Source: the human T2T-CHM13v2.0 reference genome, Homo sapiens. From it: DNA of 64,000 nucleotides. Below, piece after piece: positions 35,580 through 60,787 of this stretch (its first letter is position 1; each line of letters opens with the position of its first letter). Under the pieces are notes generated by a model. That model was not told the DNA's origin. It did no database searches and saw nothing but the letters and a program-made list of their open reading frames with translations. The DNA is taken from the NCBI RefSeq assembly GCF_009914755.1, contig NC_060943.1; one strand, written 5' to 3'. A program made the translations under genes and the position numbers.

Positions 35580-35832
35580 TAAGAGTACAAAGCAGGTTCT
35601 GAGACCAGATTTGAGAGCAGCTGGCTTAATCCTTGACCACCGTGCTGCTCAGAGAGCCCCATGAAAGACCTGGTCTCCACTGAATTTCAGCTACTAGGAC
35701 AGCATCTGGCACTTTGCAAAAAGATGTACAATTTAGCACTTACCAATGTGGAATCTGAGCTGCACAAAACTCATGAGGCTTACCCCGGAGGGCTCCACCC
35801 AACACAGGGGCAGGATCACCTTGGCCAAGTAC

Positions 35833-35975
35833 CTGGGAGATGAAGTCCTTCTCCAGCTCCTCCTTGGGCTTGTCTGGGCACCTCGAGGCCTCCTCGCACT
35901 CCCCCCTAACACTGTAGTTCTGTGACAGGATCTCTGCGAGGTTGAACTGATGGTCTCCAGAGCCCATGGACACCA
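35833..35975 (-). CDS. MIER2: MIER2 exon 3 (VVSMGSGDHQFNLAEILSQ...KDFISQ)
   Basis: 143 nt, ctcttctccccag acceptor, CAG|GTACTT donor; peptide in ORF 35740..36006. Confidence 0.95.
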
Positions 35976-37515
35976 CTGGGGAGAAGAGAGCAGCCCAGGT
36001 GAGCACCGTGCCTCGCCTGTCCCAACCATCCTGCCGAGACTACTGACGCCTGGTGAAGCCCTAAGGATGAGGCCCTCTGCATGCTGCCAGGATCAGCCTC
36101 ATGAGGGAACCCAACAGGACACCCCACGACTAATGCACACAGGAGCACGGCTGGTGAGCTGCACATACAAATTCCAAGGATTTTTTTGGGGGGTGGGTGT
36201 GTCTCTTTCTGAGAGACTGCTTGTCTTCCTGAACACAGAGAAGCCTGCGAGGATTTGGGGAGCAAGTGGACTAGAAAGAGACCAACACCCATCTCGTTAG
36301 GGTAGAAGGAGCAGCAGGACTCAGTCGAGGTGGGTTCACACCGGACTCCATGACTCCTGAAACGGGGGTGACGCTGAACCCTCACCTGCACAGGTCAGTA
36401 CAGCATCAAGGAGCATGCAGGGACAAACCAATGGGGGCTCGACAACACCAGTCCCTTAAGCTCCGTCTGCAGGGCCACATGAAGAAGACATGCGATGTAC
36501 ATGGCCCAACAGTTGACGGCTGTCATCAGATCCAGGGTTTCCCCGAAAGAACTGGGATGTGTCACCATTCCTCTGCATGTTTACTCTCCAATTGGTCAAA
36601 TTTTTAAACAAACAAAGGAAATAGCTAGGGCTCAATCAATCCAGACAGAGAGCAGTGTAGGCCAAGGCTGGGGGCCTGAGGGCCTGGGAGTCCAGGGCAG
36701 GAGGCCTCTAGGGCAGCCACACAGCCTGTAGGGCTGGGCACACAGGTGTGCACCACACACAGCCCATGCACAGAACATGCAGCTGCAGGGCACAGAGGAC
36801 CCCCAGCGGCAGGCACCTCGTTAGAGTGAGGGAATGACCTGGAGCTGAATGGGTGCGCCCGGACCCTCAGTGGCCACCGCACCCTTGGAGGAGCCACGTG
36901 AGGGAAAACAGGGATGGCACCGCCTTCTCTGGGGACTCGGGTGGTGACTAGTTTGATACGGAAAGAGACGCAGCCCTACACCTGGCAGAAGGAGCCCAGC
37001 CAGGGGAAGAACAGTCATAGAGACCCTTGCCCTACAGCGTCAGCTCCTCCCCGCAGGCCCAACGCAGGTGGCTGGCAGGCGGGCATGGGACCTTGATGCC
37101 CACTGAGCAAGCAGCAGCGCAGGGAGGTGCAGGGAACCCGGGGTGCTGCCTGTCTCGCCGCCCTCCACCTTCTCAGCCCCGGCTCCCTCAGCAAGCCACC
37201 CCTTCCCAACACCCTGGCAAGATGAGGCAGCCCTCAGCTCGGTGCAGGCGTGTGCCCGGGTCCTCTGCTGGGGGTGCTGGGCTCTGAGGATGGTCTTGGG
37301 TCGCCTGGGCTCCCTGCCCCTGCTAAAGAACAGGAAGACGGGAGTCCTGACCACTCTGCCCCACAGCTCCATCTGAACAGGTGGGAGCTGGGACACCCTG
37401 GACTCTGGAAGCCAGTGTGCCGGTCCACAGCTCAGCCAGGCCCAGCAGGCATTCTGTCTCTCACAGCCACAAAGGCCTTGGCGGACCTGAGCAGGGGAAG
37501 GAGGGAGGAAGGTAC

Positions 37516-37606
37516 CTGCTGTTGTCTGCAAGCCCGGCTCCCCTGGGCACAGGCTGTGCTCGAGGCAGGAGACCACGCGAGGACTCTGCCTCCCCAGCGA
37601 GGAGGC
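37516..37606 (-). CDS. MIER2: MIER2 exon 2 (ASSLGRQSPRVVSCLEHSLCPGEPGLQTTA)
   Basis: 91 nt, ttcgcag acceptor and GTACCT donor; peptide seen in ORF 37040..37666; phase 1 end matches exon 3. Confidence 0.92.
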
Positions 37607-38171
37607 CTGCGAAGGAAGAGAGGCAGGGTTAGCTCGGCCGGCCCAAAACCTGCTGCTGGACATCACAGTGTGGCAGCCAAGAGCAAGCGCTGGTCAGAGC
37701 CCAGTCCCCAGTGACCAGGGAAGGGGCTTTGTCTCCGCCTCTGAGGGCTGGGGGGCACTAGGAGCAGCACACGCATGTGGCCGCCACTCGCCCCGCCTCC
37801 CACCAAGGACCGCTCACAGGGTGGAGGCGTTCTCGCCCAGGGCAGGACATGCATCATGTGACACTGAAAACTGCCCACACACAGGCCTACAGTCCTGACC
37901 CATGCTGCAACCTGGATGAAGCTCAACAACAGCATGCACTGGGAGGGAAGCCAGACACCAACGGCCACAGCGTAGGGTCCACTGATACCAAACATCCAGA
38001 ACAGGCCAGTCCACAGACAGAATGGGGGCTCGTGGGGGCCAGGAGCCAGGGAGAGAGACAGTGGGAGAGTGACTGCTAACGGGGACAGGGCTTCTTTTGG
38101 GGATGACAGAATGTTTTAGAATCAGATAGAGGTGATGGTTGCATGGTCGTGAATACACTAAAAATCAATGA

Positions 38172-38572
<401 letters not shown>

Positions 38573-38579
38573 CACGATA

Positions 38580-41420
<2,841 letters not shown>

Positions 41421-41700
41421 AAAGCTGCTGCCAAAAAGGGTAGATTAAAATATTTAATGAAGTTTAAAAACTTGTGTAGTAAGAATTTCAATACTTCTTC
41501 ACGGGTCCTCAAGAAAAAACCTCACAGGTGGTATAATCATTCCCCTCACAAAAAAACAAGGAAACAAGCTCAAAGAGATAGAGTCAGTTACCCAAGCTCA
41601 CACAGCAGGTTCAGTGGTGCAGTTACAAAGTGGAGCTCAGGCCAGCGGCTTGCAAACCCCTTCCAGCCCATCACACTACTGGGGAACACAACGGCTAGTA

Positions 41701-42124
41701 CAGTTGACCCTTGAACAACGCAGGGGTTACGGGTGCCAACCCTCCACACAGGTGAAAACCCATGCATGACTTCTGACTCCCCGACACTTGATTAATAGCC
41801 TCCTGCTGGTCGGGAGCACTGCCGATAACATCAACAGTTGATAAACACATATTTTATATATTGTATTATGTACTGTATTCTCACAAAAAAAGTAAACTAC
41901 AGAAAAAGTTATTAAGAAAATTGTAAGAAAGAGAAAGTGTATTTACTATTCATTAAGTGGAAGTGGATCATCCTAAAGGTCTTCGTCCTCATCATCTTCA
42001 CGTTGAGTAGGCTGAGGAGGAAGAGGAGGGGTTGGTCTTCCTGTCTCGGGGTGGCAGAGATGGAAGGAAATCCATGTATAAGTGACCCATGCAGTTCAAA
42101 CCCGTGAGGTTCAAGGGCCAACTG
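41701..42124. mobile_element. TcMar-Tigger MITE (Tigger2a/MER28-like)
   Basis: TIRs CAGTTGACCCTTGAAC...GTTCAAGGGCCAACTG flanked by TA target duplication. Confidence 0.85.
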
Positions 42125-45100
42125 TACAGCAACGTACAGCAAAGCCACGGAAGGGAGCTGGGGCAGCCACTGGCCCTGGAGTGACTCTGGCAACAAGGCT
42201 GCCAAGGACCAAGGAGCACCTCAAGCTCTAAGTGGAGACTGACAGGACCCATCCAGCTTTAGAAAGTTTAGCTCCGTGGTGGCAGAGGGCAAACAGAAGA
42301 CAGAGGGAAGGAAGAGCCAGCAGGGCCCCCAGGGGGAAGGGGCCACGGGACTGGAAGCAAGCAGCACAGAGTGCATGGCAGCTGCAGGGGCATCTCACGC
42401 CTCCTGCCCTGGGGTTGGCCTGGGTCTGGCAGAGATGGCCTCACCTCTTTCCAGGACACAGCAGGTGGCCACCAGCCCACAACCACTCTACACAGCCACA
42501 CGCGGTGTGAAGCCACAGGCAAAGCATCCTAAGTGACCTCTGAAATCACCCTCAGCCCCCTCTAGGACCCTCTGGGTAGGGGTCGAGGACAGGTTCTCTG
42601 GGCAACGGTTCCTGCCTCAGTCAGGGGCTGGCTTTCTACTCCCGCAACCAGGAGCCTGACTAACAAGGGGATGGCAGGCGACCACATCAAATGAGGCCCC
42701 AGTCTGGACGGCAAGTTGACAACAGTCCCGCAGGCTTGAGATCCACACCGAGTAACAGGGAGTTAACATATGGCCCCAGGAGAGGTGGTCTGCAGGGTCT
42801 GAGGAGGATCTGGCCCTTATATGATGTGCCATTTAACAGGAGAGCTAAGGCAGAGGGGGGCAAAGAGGGAAGCGGCTGGGAACGGCAGAAAGGGCCGCTA
42901 ACAGGGAGGCCCTGAGCAGCCTGGGATCCCCAAGTTCATTTCCAGGCGACTCTGAGTTCCTGGAACTTACCACGGAATACAGACTTCATGGATCTTCTTC
43001 CTCCCGCTGCCCCTGCCTGGTGTCCAGGTGCAAGTCTACTCTCAAAGCAGGTTCCCAGGGACTCTACTTCACTCACTCAGAACACTCTGCATGTTTCCCT
43101 CTGAGTTCACTCCCAGGAAAGACAAAGTCCTCTGTTTTGTCAAAGTGGAAGCAGGAAAAAGAGGGGGAGCAGGCCAACGGTATTCCAGGCAACAAAAAAA
43201 GCAAAGGAAGCGTAAACAGCATTCTAGAAACAAGGTCCAGAGGACAACAGGCCACAGACCCAGGCGTCCACCAGGGTCTTCAGGCAGTAGAAGCGGCAGC
43301 CAGCTACTCAACATAAAGACTGCACCGGAGGCCTGGGTGCAGAGCACAGACCAGCCCTTCCCCCAGGGCAGCCCCCACAGGTATAGAGTGCACCAAAAAC
43401 ACAAGAGGCCACCCTGCAAAGCTTAACCCAAAATGACAGGGTGGCAGGTTCCATTCGCCAAGATGGCTGCACCTACCTCTCCCATGCCCCAAGCCCTCTC
43501 CCCAGTGTGACTGAAACAACCTCCTCCTAAGAGCCATGCTTGACCCTCCTCCCACCCACACCAACTCAAGTGCCAGGCGCTTGTTGGACTACCCAGCACC
43601 CCACTCCTCCGTCTGACCAATGTTCCCTGGGCGCCCACTCTGGGCTCAGCAAGGCAGTGGCGTGGTGGTTAACCTGAGAAACAAGTTCCACCTGCCTCCA
43701 CCCACATGGAGTTGCTAGTTTTGGACACAGACAACAAACAAGTGGACATGTATGGTACCGAGAAGAGAAAACAGGGCGCACGGGCTCTGCAACTGCGGGT
43801 CAGGGAAGGCCTGGGGGGCCTCAGTCGAGGTGGAACCATCGTTGGCAGCCCCCAAATGGGTAGAGTGCACCAGCAAACAGGAGCCCAGGGCCCTAGAGTA
43901 GGGGGCAGATCCGTGGGGACCACCTCACAGGGCTGTGGGACTCAGCAAGGAGGAGCATTTTATCCCAGGGACCATGAAAAGCCATGGAGGGTTTTAGGTA
44001 GGAGCAAAAGATGGTGCTCTTAGGTTTTTAAAAGATCAATCTAGTATGCTTGAGAAAAGTATGAAGCATTCCCGTCTGCCACTGTGGTGCTTATGATTAT
44101 TCTGGGATACTGATACAGAATAAAGTAGCTAGTACTGATCACGTGCTATAAAGTTACAAATTGCCACTTTTACGGGTTAAAAACAGTGGAATATCGTCAA
44201 CTTCACAAGATTCAACTTCCATGTACAAGCCGTTGTGGCAGGACCTCATCAGACCTCCTAGCTCTGAAGGGTGACCATTAAACTTCCCATTTCAGAGATG
44301 AGGAAAAGGAAGTTCTGAGTCACTGGGCAACCTGCCCAAGACCACACAGAACAAGTCCGGTGGTCAGACAGCTTGCCATGGCTCCTCACGCTCAGCACCT
44401 CATACTTGTTGGTCCTAACCCACCCACGTCTCTCTCTGACCAGACTCTGCATCCCTGTAGGAGAGGCCCTGTCTGCTCCATTCACTCCCAGATCCTCAGG
44501 CCGAGGACAGAGCGGGACCTCCTTAGAAAATCAAATCAAATTCACTCAACAGGGCACCACCCCAAAGTGTAAAACAGGGTTAACAGGAGCAGCCGGACCA
44601 CAAGCTGCTGTGCACATTTACGGAGCTCAGCCTAGAGCAGGGCAGAACAGCCACATGGCAGCTCTGGGGGAGGCTGGCTTGGGAGTCTGACTTGTGCCAT
44701 CCCAGACACAGAGCTACCTGTCAGGCCACGTGTGTTGCCCAGATTCCAGGAGCACAACTCATTCGACCACCACGTCGCTGCAGGGCCACTGGGAGACGCG
44801 GCTTCTGCCTCCGACCCTGGAGGACAGCCACCATCTGCATGGGGACTCAGTCTCCCTAAGCGTCTCAAGAAGAACTAATTCTCGATGAAGGAACTGGCCG
44901 GTGGTCTGGCCTAGTATCGAGACACCTACACCGTCTTTGGCATAAACACAGGGCCTGTTACTGCCCCTGAGGTCGTCACCAGGGGGAGAGAATGGCCAGT
45001 CCTGCCTCCCACAACGCCCAAGACATAAACACGCAACGTGGCACCACGGCCAGGCCGCAGTTCCAATCCCGGCTTCCCACGAGGCGGCTGTGCCTGGCTG

Positions 45101-45962
45101 GGTGGGCACCTTTTCCTTTGGGCTCTATCCCAGAGATAGGATCAGCTCTTGAGTCTGCCCGCCTGTCGTAACTTCTGCGCACAGAAGTCATGCACTGAGT
45201 CCCACTGACTGAGCACCTCGCAGCCGCCGCACCTTCACCTACATTATCTCTTTCCATCTTCACCAGGGCCCTCCAAGGTGAAAGCAAGTCCACACAGGCT
45301 CATCCACCACTCCAAAATCAAAAAAAGCTTCAAAAGCGAAAGTTTCTTCCTTCCTGGTTTGACCTGACACGAAGCTATCTGTTGTCTTATCCTAGACAGT
45401 CCTAGGTGGGTTTGATCAAACATCACAGTCCAAAATCCCACAGATCCTCAAATTGGAAAAATTCTGGATTCCAAAATATAGCTGGCCCCAAACATTTCAG
45501 ATAAAGGGTCCCGGGCTTGTTTCCTGGACGAGGGAGGAGGCTCCAGAAGTAACTTCGTGCCCGGGAGAGGCTGGTCCAACTCTTCTGAGATCAGCCCCGA
45601 CGCTCTCTAGGCCCCGGCAGACCCACCCACCCTGCGCCCAGTTCGCGCCAGGCGGGTCCGCGTCGGGAGTTCAAATCCCGCCCGGGGTCTGACCCAGCCC
45701 CGCCGGGGGGCTCGCGGGCGGCGGAGGCGCGGTGGGTCCACCGGGATCCCGATGGGGAGCGCGGGGCGCCTGGCGGCCCCAGCACTCGGCAAAGTTGGCA
45801 AAGGCGCGGGAGGGGAGGCCTGCGCGCCGCGGGGCCCGGGCCGGGGCCGGGAACCGGAGCCGGACCCTGGAACGGAGCCGCGCGCCCACCGGACCCCCGA
45901 CACCAGCCCCGCCCCGCGTCCCTCCCCTCCCCCACCCCGGCCCCCGCCCGCCCCGCGCCGCC

Positions 45963-45972
45963 GCGCATGCGC
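45963..45972. promoter_or_regulatory. NRF1-type palindrome GCGCATGCGC in MIER2 intron 1
   Basis: Perfect palindrome matching the NRF1 consensus, inside the CpG island. Confidence 0.65.
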
Positions 45973-46207
45973 ACTGCAGCCCGCGATGTGGCAGCCGGGG
46001 GAGTTGGGGGGTGGGGGCCGGGCCGGGGGCGGCCGCCGACGGAGCCCCGCGCCCCTCCGGCCCCGGACGGGCCAGGCGCCCCGGCCGGCCTCAGAGCTCC
46101 AGAGCGGGGCTCTCCGTCCCTGGGGCCCACGACGAGGCCGAGCCACGGCGGCGGGGGGCGCGGACGCGCGGGGGCGGGGGGCCGGCTCCCCCGGCCCGCT
46201 CACTCAC

Positions 46208-46216
46208 CTCCGCCAT
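46208..46216 (-). CDS. MIER2: MIER2 coding exon 1 (MAE)
   Basis: gccATGG Kozak start, ATG GCG GAG followed by a GTGAGT donor, inside the CpG island; splices in frame (phase 0) to exon 2. Confidence 0.93.
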
Positions 46217-47222
46217 GGCCGTGTGTGCGCGGGAGGCGGTGGCCGCGCCGGGATCCCCGGATGAGGGGCCGCGCACTCATTGGCTGTGGAGCCTGGAGGG
46301 CGGGGCGGGGGGCGGAGCCTGGAGGGGGCGGAGAGCGGGCCGGGCGCGTAGTAGGTGCGCGGGCGCGGGCGCGGGCGCGCAGCCGAGCGTGGCCGGCGGC
46401 TTCTGGCGAGCTTGCGGTGTCTTTCCGGCCGTCTCTGCTGGACCCTGATCTTGGCCTTGGCCTTGGCGGAGGAGACTGCATTCCATAAAAATACGAATTC
46501 CTGATAATCACACCTGCGTGGGGACCACGTGGTCCTGTGTGACCTCTTCATTCCCTCGGCTGCTCGCTGTTAATACCCCGCGTGGCAGACTAGGAAACTG
46601 AGGCCCAGGGCGACGGGCCACCCAGAGTGTCAGTGATAGAGCCAGAATTGGTGTCCGGGCTGCGTGGTTCTGGAATTTTCTGCACTTTCGCACCCGTGAT
46701 GAGCAAACTAGCGCGCGGAGGAACCAATCGGGGAGCTTGCGAACGCGCACCAGTCGGAGAGGTTTTAGAAACGGTGGCCCCGCGCCGGAGAGCCCAAGGC
46801 GGGAGGCAGGGAGGTGGGCTTGACCCCAGGGCCATTTGGTTCTGCAGTCCGTCGTTTCGCAGATTGAACATTTCTGGAACACGTGCACGTTCTGATCCTG
46901 AGGGTTTGAAGGAGACAGCCCTAACGCCTGTCTTCAGGGCGTTTAGAGTGGAGGATGGGAAGGCAAGGACTCGCCACACCTTAAATTTGAGACGGATAAG
47001 TGCCGTGAATCTTCGGGGCGCACGATGCAGAGAGAGGATAGGAAGCAGGGGTGGGGCGTGAAGAGGCAGGGGCCAGGTGGGAGCTGTGGGGCCTGGACCA
47101 GAGTGCAGAGAGACTTGAGAAGGTGGACACCACAAGACTCGCTGATGGAGGGAAGCTGGAGAGAGTGAAGGATGGCCTCCAGATGTCTGGCTTGCGCAAA
47201 TGAGTGGAGGGCGGTTCCTACT

Positions 47223-47309
47223 GAGACCAGGAAGAAGAGAACTGGAGACCAGGAAGAAGGGAATTGGGGACCAGGAGGAAGGGAATTGGGGACCAGGAAG
47301 AAGAGAATG
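47223..47309. repeat. 22-bp unit x4 (GACCAGGAAGAAGGGAATTGGG)
   Basis: Four adjacent near-identical copies. Confidence 0.85.
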
Positions 47310-47827
47310 AGTCTCATTCCTGTTTCCCAGTGATCAGCCAATGAATAGTGAGAACTTGACATGCATCAGCCTTGATTCCTGATGCAAAATCATTACTCAG
47401 TCCTCTGAGAATTCACCAACCAAGAGATAGAAGAACCACTCTGGAGGGGTCTACCCTCACTCCTTTTTTGGTTTACATCATTGAGATTGAGGGTTCTGGC
47501 CCTCGTGTTGAAGAGTCCTCACTGATTTGTGCAAGAGTTGGTTCCTTCCTTTATTATTCATTTGTTATTATTCATTCAGTCATTCAGTGAACTAAACACA
47601 TATCTTATGCAGTCCTCAACTGGGTGCTGGGTAGCCAGAGGTCCTGTGAAGCAGGGAGAAGCATGAACAGATAAGAGAGTGAGGTGCTGTGCTGTAACAG
47701 GTGGAGGGGCCCGAAGACAAGGGCTTGAGTCCACCTGGCAAAACGAGGGAAGACTCTTAGGAGAGGGCTTGGCAAGAATCATCACATAGATGTCAAATGA
47801 GGACTTGGGTGAAGAGAAGGGTATTGT

Positions 47828-49405
<1,578 letters not shown>

Positions 49406-50278
49406 AGTACGGAGGGTTTCTACTATACTCATTCTTGCAATTATTCCATGAGCATAAAATGAAGTAAAACTCAGAAAATAAAGAGCAGCGAATCTTGAGC
49501 AGGGAGCTTAAGGGGAGAGGCTGGAGAGGGTGCCCCTGGCCGTGGCACAGTGGTTTGAGTGGACACCTCACGTTGGAGGAGATACGCCTGCATGTGCCTC
49601 CACTCCAGGCTCCCTGTTTCTTCTCTGCCTGGTTTTCATGGTCACCGGGCAGCTCCCAAGTTTGACAGAGGCATGGTGTCCCGGGATGAGGGTCCAGGTC
49701 ACCGCATCGCTACACCTCTTGGAGCAGATGGAGACTGCGTGGTGGAGCTGGGGGTGATGAATCCATTGCAGCCCCGAGGCGGGGAGGCAGGGGACGCTGT
49801 AGTTCACCCAAGCAGTGTCGTTCTTGCAAATTTTCCCTAGAAAAAGAGGCCTCACAAGATACTGGAGGAGCTGTGAGTAGTGCATGGGGTGGCCTGTGGT
49901 GGATGCTGGGTGCATCATCAAACCCTCCCCTACACAAGCACTAACTTCCCCCTCTGCTCAGTGTCAAGTATCCCTCTGAGGGGCGGCCCACATCAGCGAC
50001 TGGCTGGTACAGATCCATAAAGACCCAGGCACCTGTGACCAACTGGGGTCAACCGTGAGGCTGCAGAGCTCCTGTAGGATTGGAGGCGGCTTGGTCATCT
50101 CAGCTCGCTCCTCCCTCCCTCCAGCCCTGCTTCCTTCACTCTCTGACAGGTGTTGACCCCAAGGGTAACCCCGACAACATTCCTGCACATAATCTTTGTC
50201 TCGCAGTCTATTTCCTGGAGACCTAACCCGTGCCACAAAACATGAGTCACATTTTGAAAGGTTTAAAAAAACAAACAA

Positions 50279-50575
<297 letters not shown>

Positions 50576-51291
50576 TTAGTCTATTCGTGCTGCTGTAATA
50601 AAGCACCACGGATGAGGTAGTTTATATATATATATTTTAAGAACACATTTATTTATCACAGTTCTGGAGGCTGGAAAGCCTTGATCAAGGCGCCGGCAGT
50701 TTTGGTGTCTGGTGAGAGCCTGGTCTCTGCTCCCAAAATGGTGCCTTGGTACAGCATCCTCCAAAGGGAGGAACACTGAACCCTCACATGGCAGAGGGGA
50801 TGGGCAGAGAGTGCTCCCTTTGACCTCGAGCCCTTTTTTTTTTTTTTTTTTGAGACGGAGTTTTGCCTTTGTCACCCAGGCTGTGCAATGGCGTCATCTC
50901 GGCTCACTGCAACCTCCACCTCCCAGGTTCAAGCAATTCTCCTGCCTAAGCCTCCCAAGTAGCTGGGTTTACAGATATGCACCACGACACCAAGCTAGTT
51001 TTTATATTTTTAGTAGAGATGGGGTTTCACCACGTTAACCAGGCTGATCTCGAACTCCTGACCTCAGGTGATCCACCCCCCCTCCCTCAGCCTTCCAAAG
51101 TGCTGGGATTACAGGCGTGAGCCACCGCGCCCTGCCGACCTTAAGCCCTTTTGTAAGGGTGCTAATCTACTCCTGAGGGCAGAGCCCTGATGTCTTAATC
51201 ACCTGCCAAAGGTCCCGCCTTTTAATACAATTGCACTGGGGATTACGTTTCAACATGAATTTTGGAAGGACACCGTCATTCAAACCATAGC
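50576..51291 (-). mobile_element. MaLR LTR (MST-like) interrupted by a reverse Alu (50834-51137)
   Basis: ttatcacagttctggaggctgg...tttcaacatgaattttgg...attcaaaccatagca; GACCT..AGCCCTTT duplicated around the Alu. Confidence 0.8.
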
Positions 51292-51519
51292 AAGAAGCAA
51301 TACAAATTGAAAGTATAACATAGTGAGAGAGAAGAGGCCATAAAAGAGAATGAATAGAAAAAAAAATAGTCCCTGGTGTGGTGGCTCACACATGTAATCC
51401 CAGCACTTTGGGAGACTGAAGCGGGAGGATTGCTTGAGCCTAGGAGATCAAGACCAGCGTGGGCAACATAATGAGACCCCATCTCTACCGAAAAACAACA
51501 ACAACAACAAGAATAACAA

Positions 51520-52820
51520 ATATACACACACACACACAGACACATATATATACACACACACACATATATATACAGACACACATATATATACACACACACA
51601 CATATATATACAGACACACATATATATACACACACACACATATATATACACACACAAATATATATACACACATATATACACACACACACATATATATACA
51701 CACACACATATATATATACACACACACATATGTATACAAACACAAATATATAAACACATACACACAAATATATATACACACATATATACACACACACAAA
51801 TATATACACACACACATATATATACAGACACACATATGTATACAAACACAAATATATAAACACATACACACAAATATATATACACACATATATACACACA
51901 CACAAATATATACACACACACATATATATACAGACACACAAATATATAAACACACACAAATATATACACACACAAATATATATACACACATATATACACA
52001 CACACACATATATATACACACACACATGTATACAAACACACAAATATATAAACACATACACACAAATATATATACACACATATATACACACACACAAATA
52101 TATAAACACATACACACAAATATATATACACACACATATATACACACAAATATATACACACATATATACACACACATATATACATACACAAATATAGACA
52201 CACACACAAATACATACACACACAAATATATATACACACAAATATATATACACACATATATACACATACACATATATATACATACACAAATATAGACATA
52301 CACACAAACACATACACACACAAATATATATACACACACAAATATATATACACACACATACACACACAAATATATATACACACAAATATATATACACACA
52401 AATATATAAATACATACACACAAATATATACACACACAAATATATATACACACATATATACACACACAAATATATACACACACACAAATATATAAACACA
52501 TACACACAAATATATACACACAAAAAATATATACATACACAAATATAGACATACAAATACACACACATATATACACACAAATATATATACACACACATAA
52601 ATACACACACAAATATATATACATACACAAATATAGACATACAAACACATACACAAATATATATACACACAAATATATATACACACATATACACACACAC
52701 AAATATATATACACACACATATATACACACACAAATATATATACACACAAATATATATACACACAAATATATATACACACACAAACGTGTATATACACAC
52801 ACATATATACACACATATAT
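51520..52820. repeat. ~1.3-kb compound (CA)/(TA) microsatellite
   Basis: Alternating purine-pyrimidine low-complexity tract following an Alu left arm. Confidence 0.97.
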
Positions 52821-53589
52821 AATACTAAAAAAGAAAAAGAAATATAAAACAAAAGAAAGCAAAACAAAATAGAAAGTGTAACAAATATGATGAAAAACAA
52901 AGATGAAGCATTTATCCTATCGAGAGACTTAAATAGGCTAAACTCAGAAAGGATCAGAGGACAAATCTCAACCTTATGAGCGAACGTAGGAGTAAACCTA
53001 AGACACAGTGAGTCACACGGCGTTCCCGTCCACGAGGCACGGGTGCCTCACCACCAGCATGCTGGTGGGTGATCTAGCTCCCAAATCCAACTTTAGAATC
53101 TACTTTCTCAAACTCCTTTTGCAGGTCAGATTCTCCAGGAAGTGAATGCTGAGGTAGAGATTTGTATGCAGGAAATTCTGACGCGAGGGCCCACGGGATC
53201 GGCACCTGTGGGGAAGTGAAGGCAGCAGGGCAGAGAGAGAAGGATCTGCAGCACAGTTACCGCGGAGGCTTCGGCTGTGGAGCTGGGCTGGCCCCTCAGA
53301 GCTGTATCCTACGGGGGCACGGGACAAAGGCTTTGTACCCATGCATTGACCAGTCATTGGGGAGGGAGAGAAGGTGACCACGGGGTCCAGTTGTCTTCAG
53401 GCAAGGACATTTCCCAGAGGTATTGTCTTCCAGAGGCTGGAGGACGAGTGCTGAGTTCTGGGGGGGATCTTCTGGCTGGTGTGCCACAGCTCCACTACAT
53501 CTTGTTCTGAGAATTTAAATGGCTTGTATTTTTCTTCTAGTGATCACCTTTATAATTACAATTTCATATAATCTACTTAATTCCATTCC

Positions 53590-53892
53590 TTCAGACCAAC
53601 ACTGTCTAACACGAATGTGATAGAATTTAACATTTTCTAGTAACCACATTAAAAAGGTAAAAAGACACAAGTAAAATTAATTGTAATATGTTATTTAATA
53701 CAAATATCTGTAAAGTATTATCTTTCCCATGTGTAATCAATATAAAATTATTGAGATATTTACACTCTGTTTTCCATACTGCTTTCAATCTCTGGTGTGT
53801 GTTTCACACTTATAGGACATCACAATTCAAATTAGCCACATTTTACTTGCCCGCGAACCACATGTGGCTACAAGACTGCACAGCACAGCTTT
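53590..53892. mobile_element. MER33-like hAT-Charlie element
   Basis: ttttctagtaaccacattaaaaaggtaaaaaga...tagccacatt...ccacatgtggcta motifs. Confidence 0.7.
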
Positions 53893-54304
53893 AGATGCTG
53901 ACACTGTTTCTATCTATTGACTCTAGTGTTTAAAAAAAATGACATTAGGATACTTCTGCTTTGCCCTATTCCCCCTCTCCTACATAACAGAATCCTAGTT
54001 AATTACATTGATTTTCTTCCTGTTTAACATTATGCTCTTAAATATACTTACATTTCTATTATTGGAATAATCCATTTAAAATAATTTTTTTGATGGGGAA
54101 TGTGTATAACTGTACCACTTCCTATTATCTCTGCTCCCCTCACTTTTTGTTAACCATACCCTTTCTAGTTTCAAGATTTATAACATCTACATTTGTAGCC
54201 ACTCTTCTTAGATTTGATTTAATGCCAGTCCTCAAGGTGAATGGACTCAGCTCTCAGCATCAGTTCTCTTGCTGTGGCTTCTCCATTTTCTCTCAGTTGG
54301 CTGA

Positions 54305-60787
<6,483 letters not shown>

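Larger units (their letters stand above)
45570..46900. promoter_or_regulatory. CpG island / MIER2 promoter
   Basis: Very GC- and CpG-rich. CCAAT on - strand at 46279-46283, GC boxes (GGGGCGGGG) at ~46297-46330, (GCGGGC)n at ~46358-46380, CCACGTGG E-box at 46526-46533, second CCAAT on + strand at ~46724. Confidence 0.9.

Noticed and set aside
45591-46551. Multiple GC-rich ORFs over the promoter
   Set aside because: Stop-codon scarcity in a CpG island; only the 9-nt MIER2 exon 1 is supported.
51276-52900. Long ORFs (528, 471, 454 aa) of C/V/Y/I or H/T/Y/I
   Set aside because: Translation of a (CA/TA) microsatellite.
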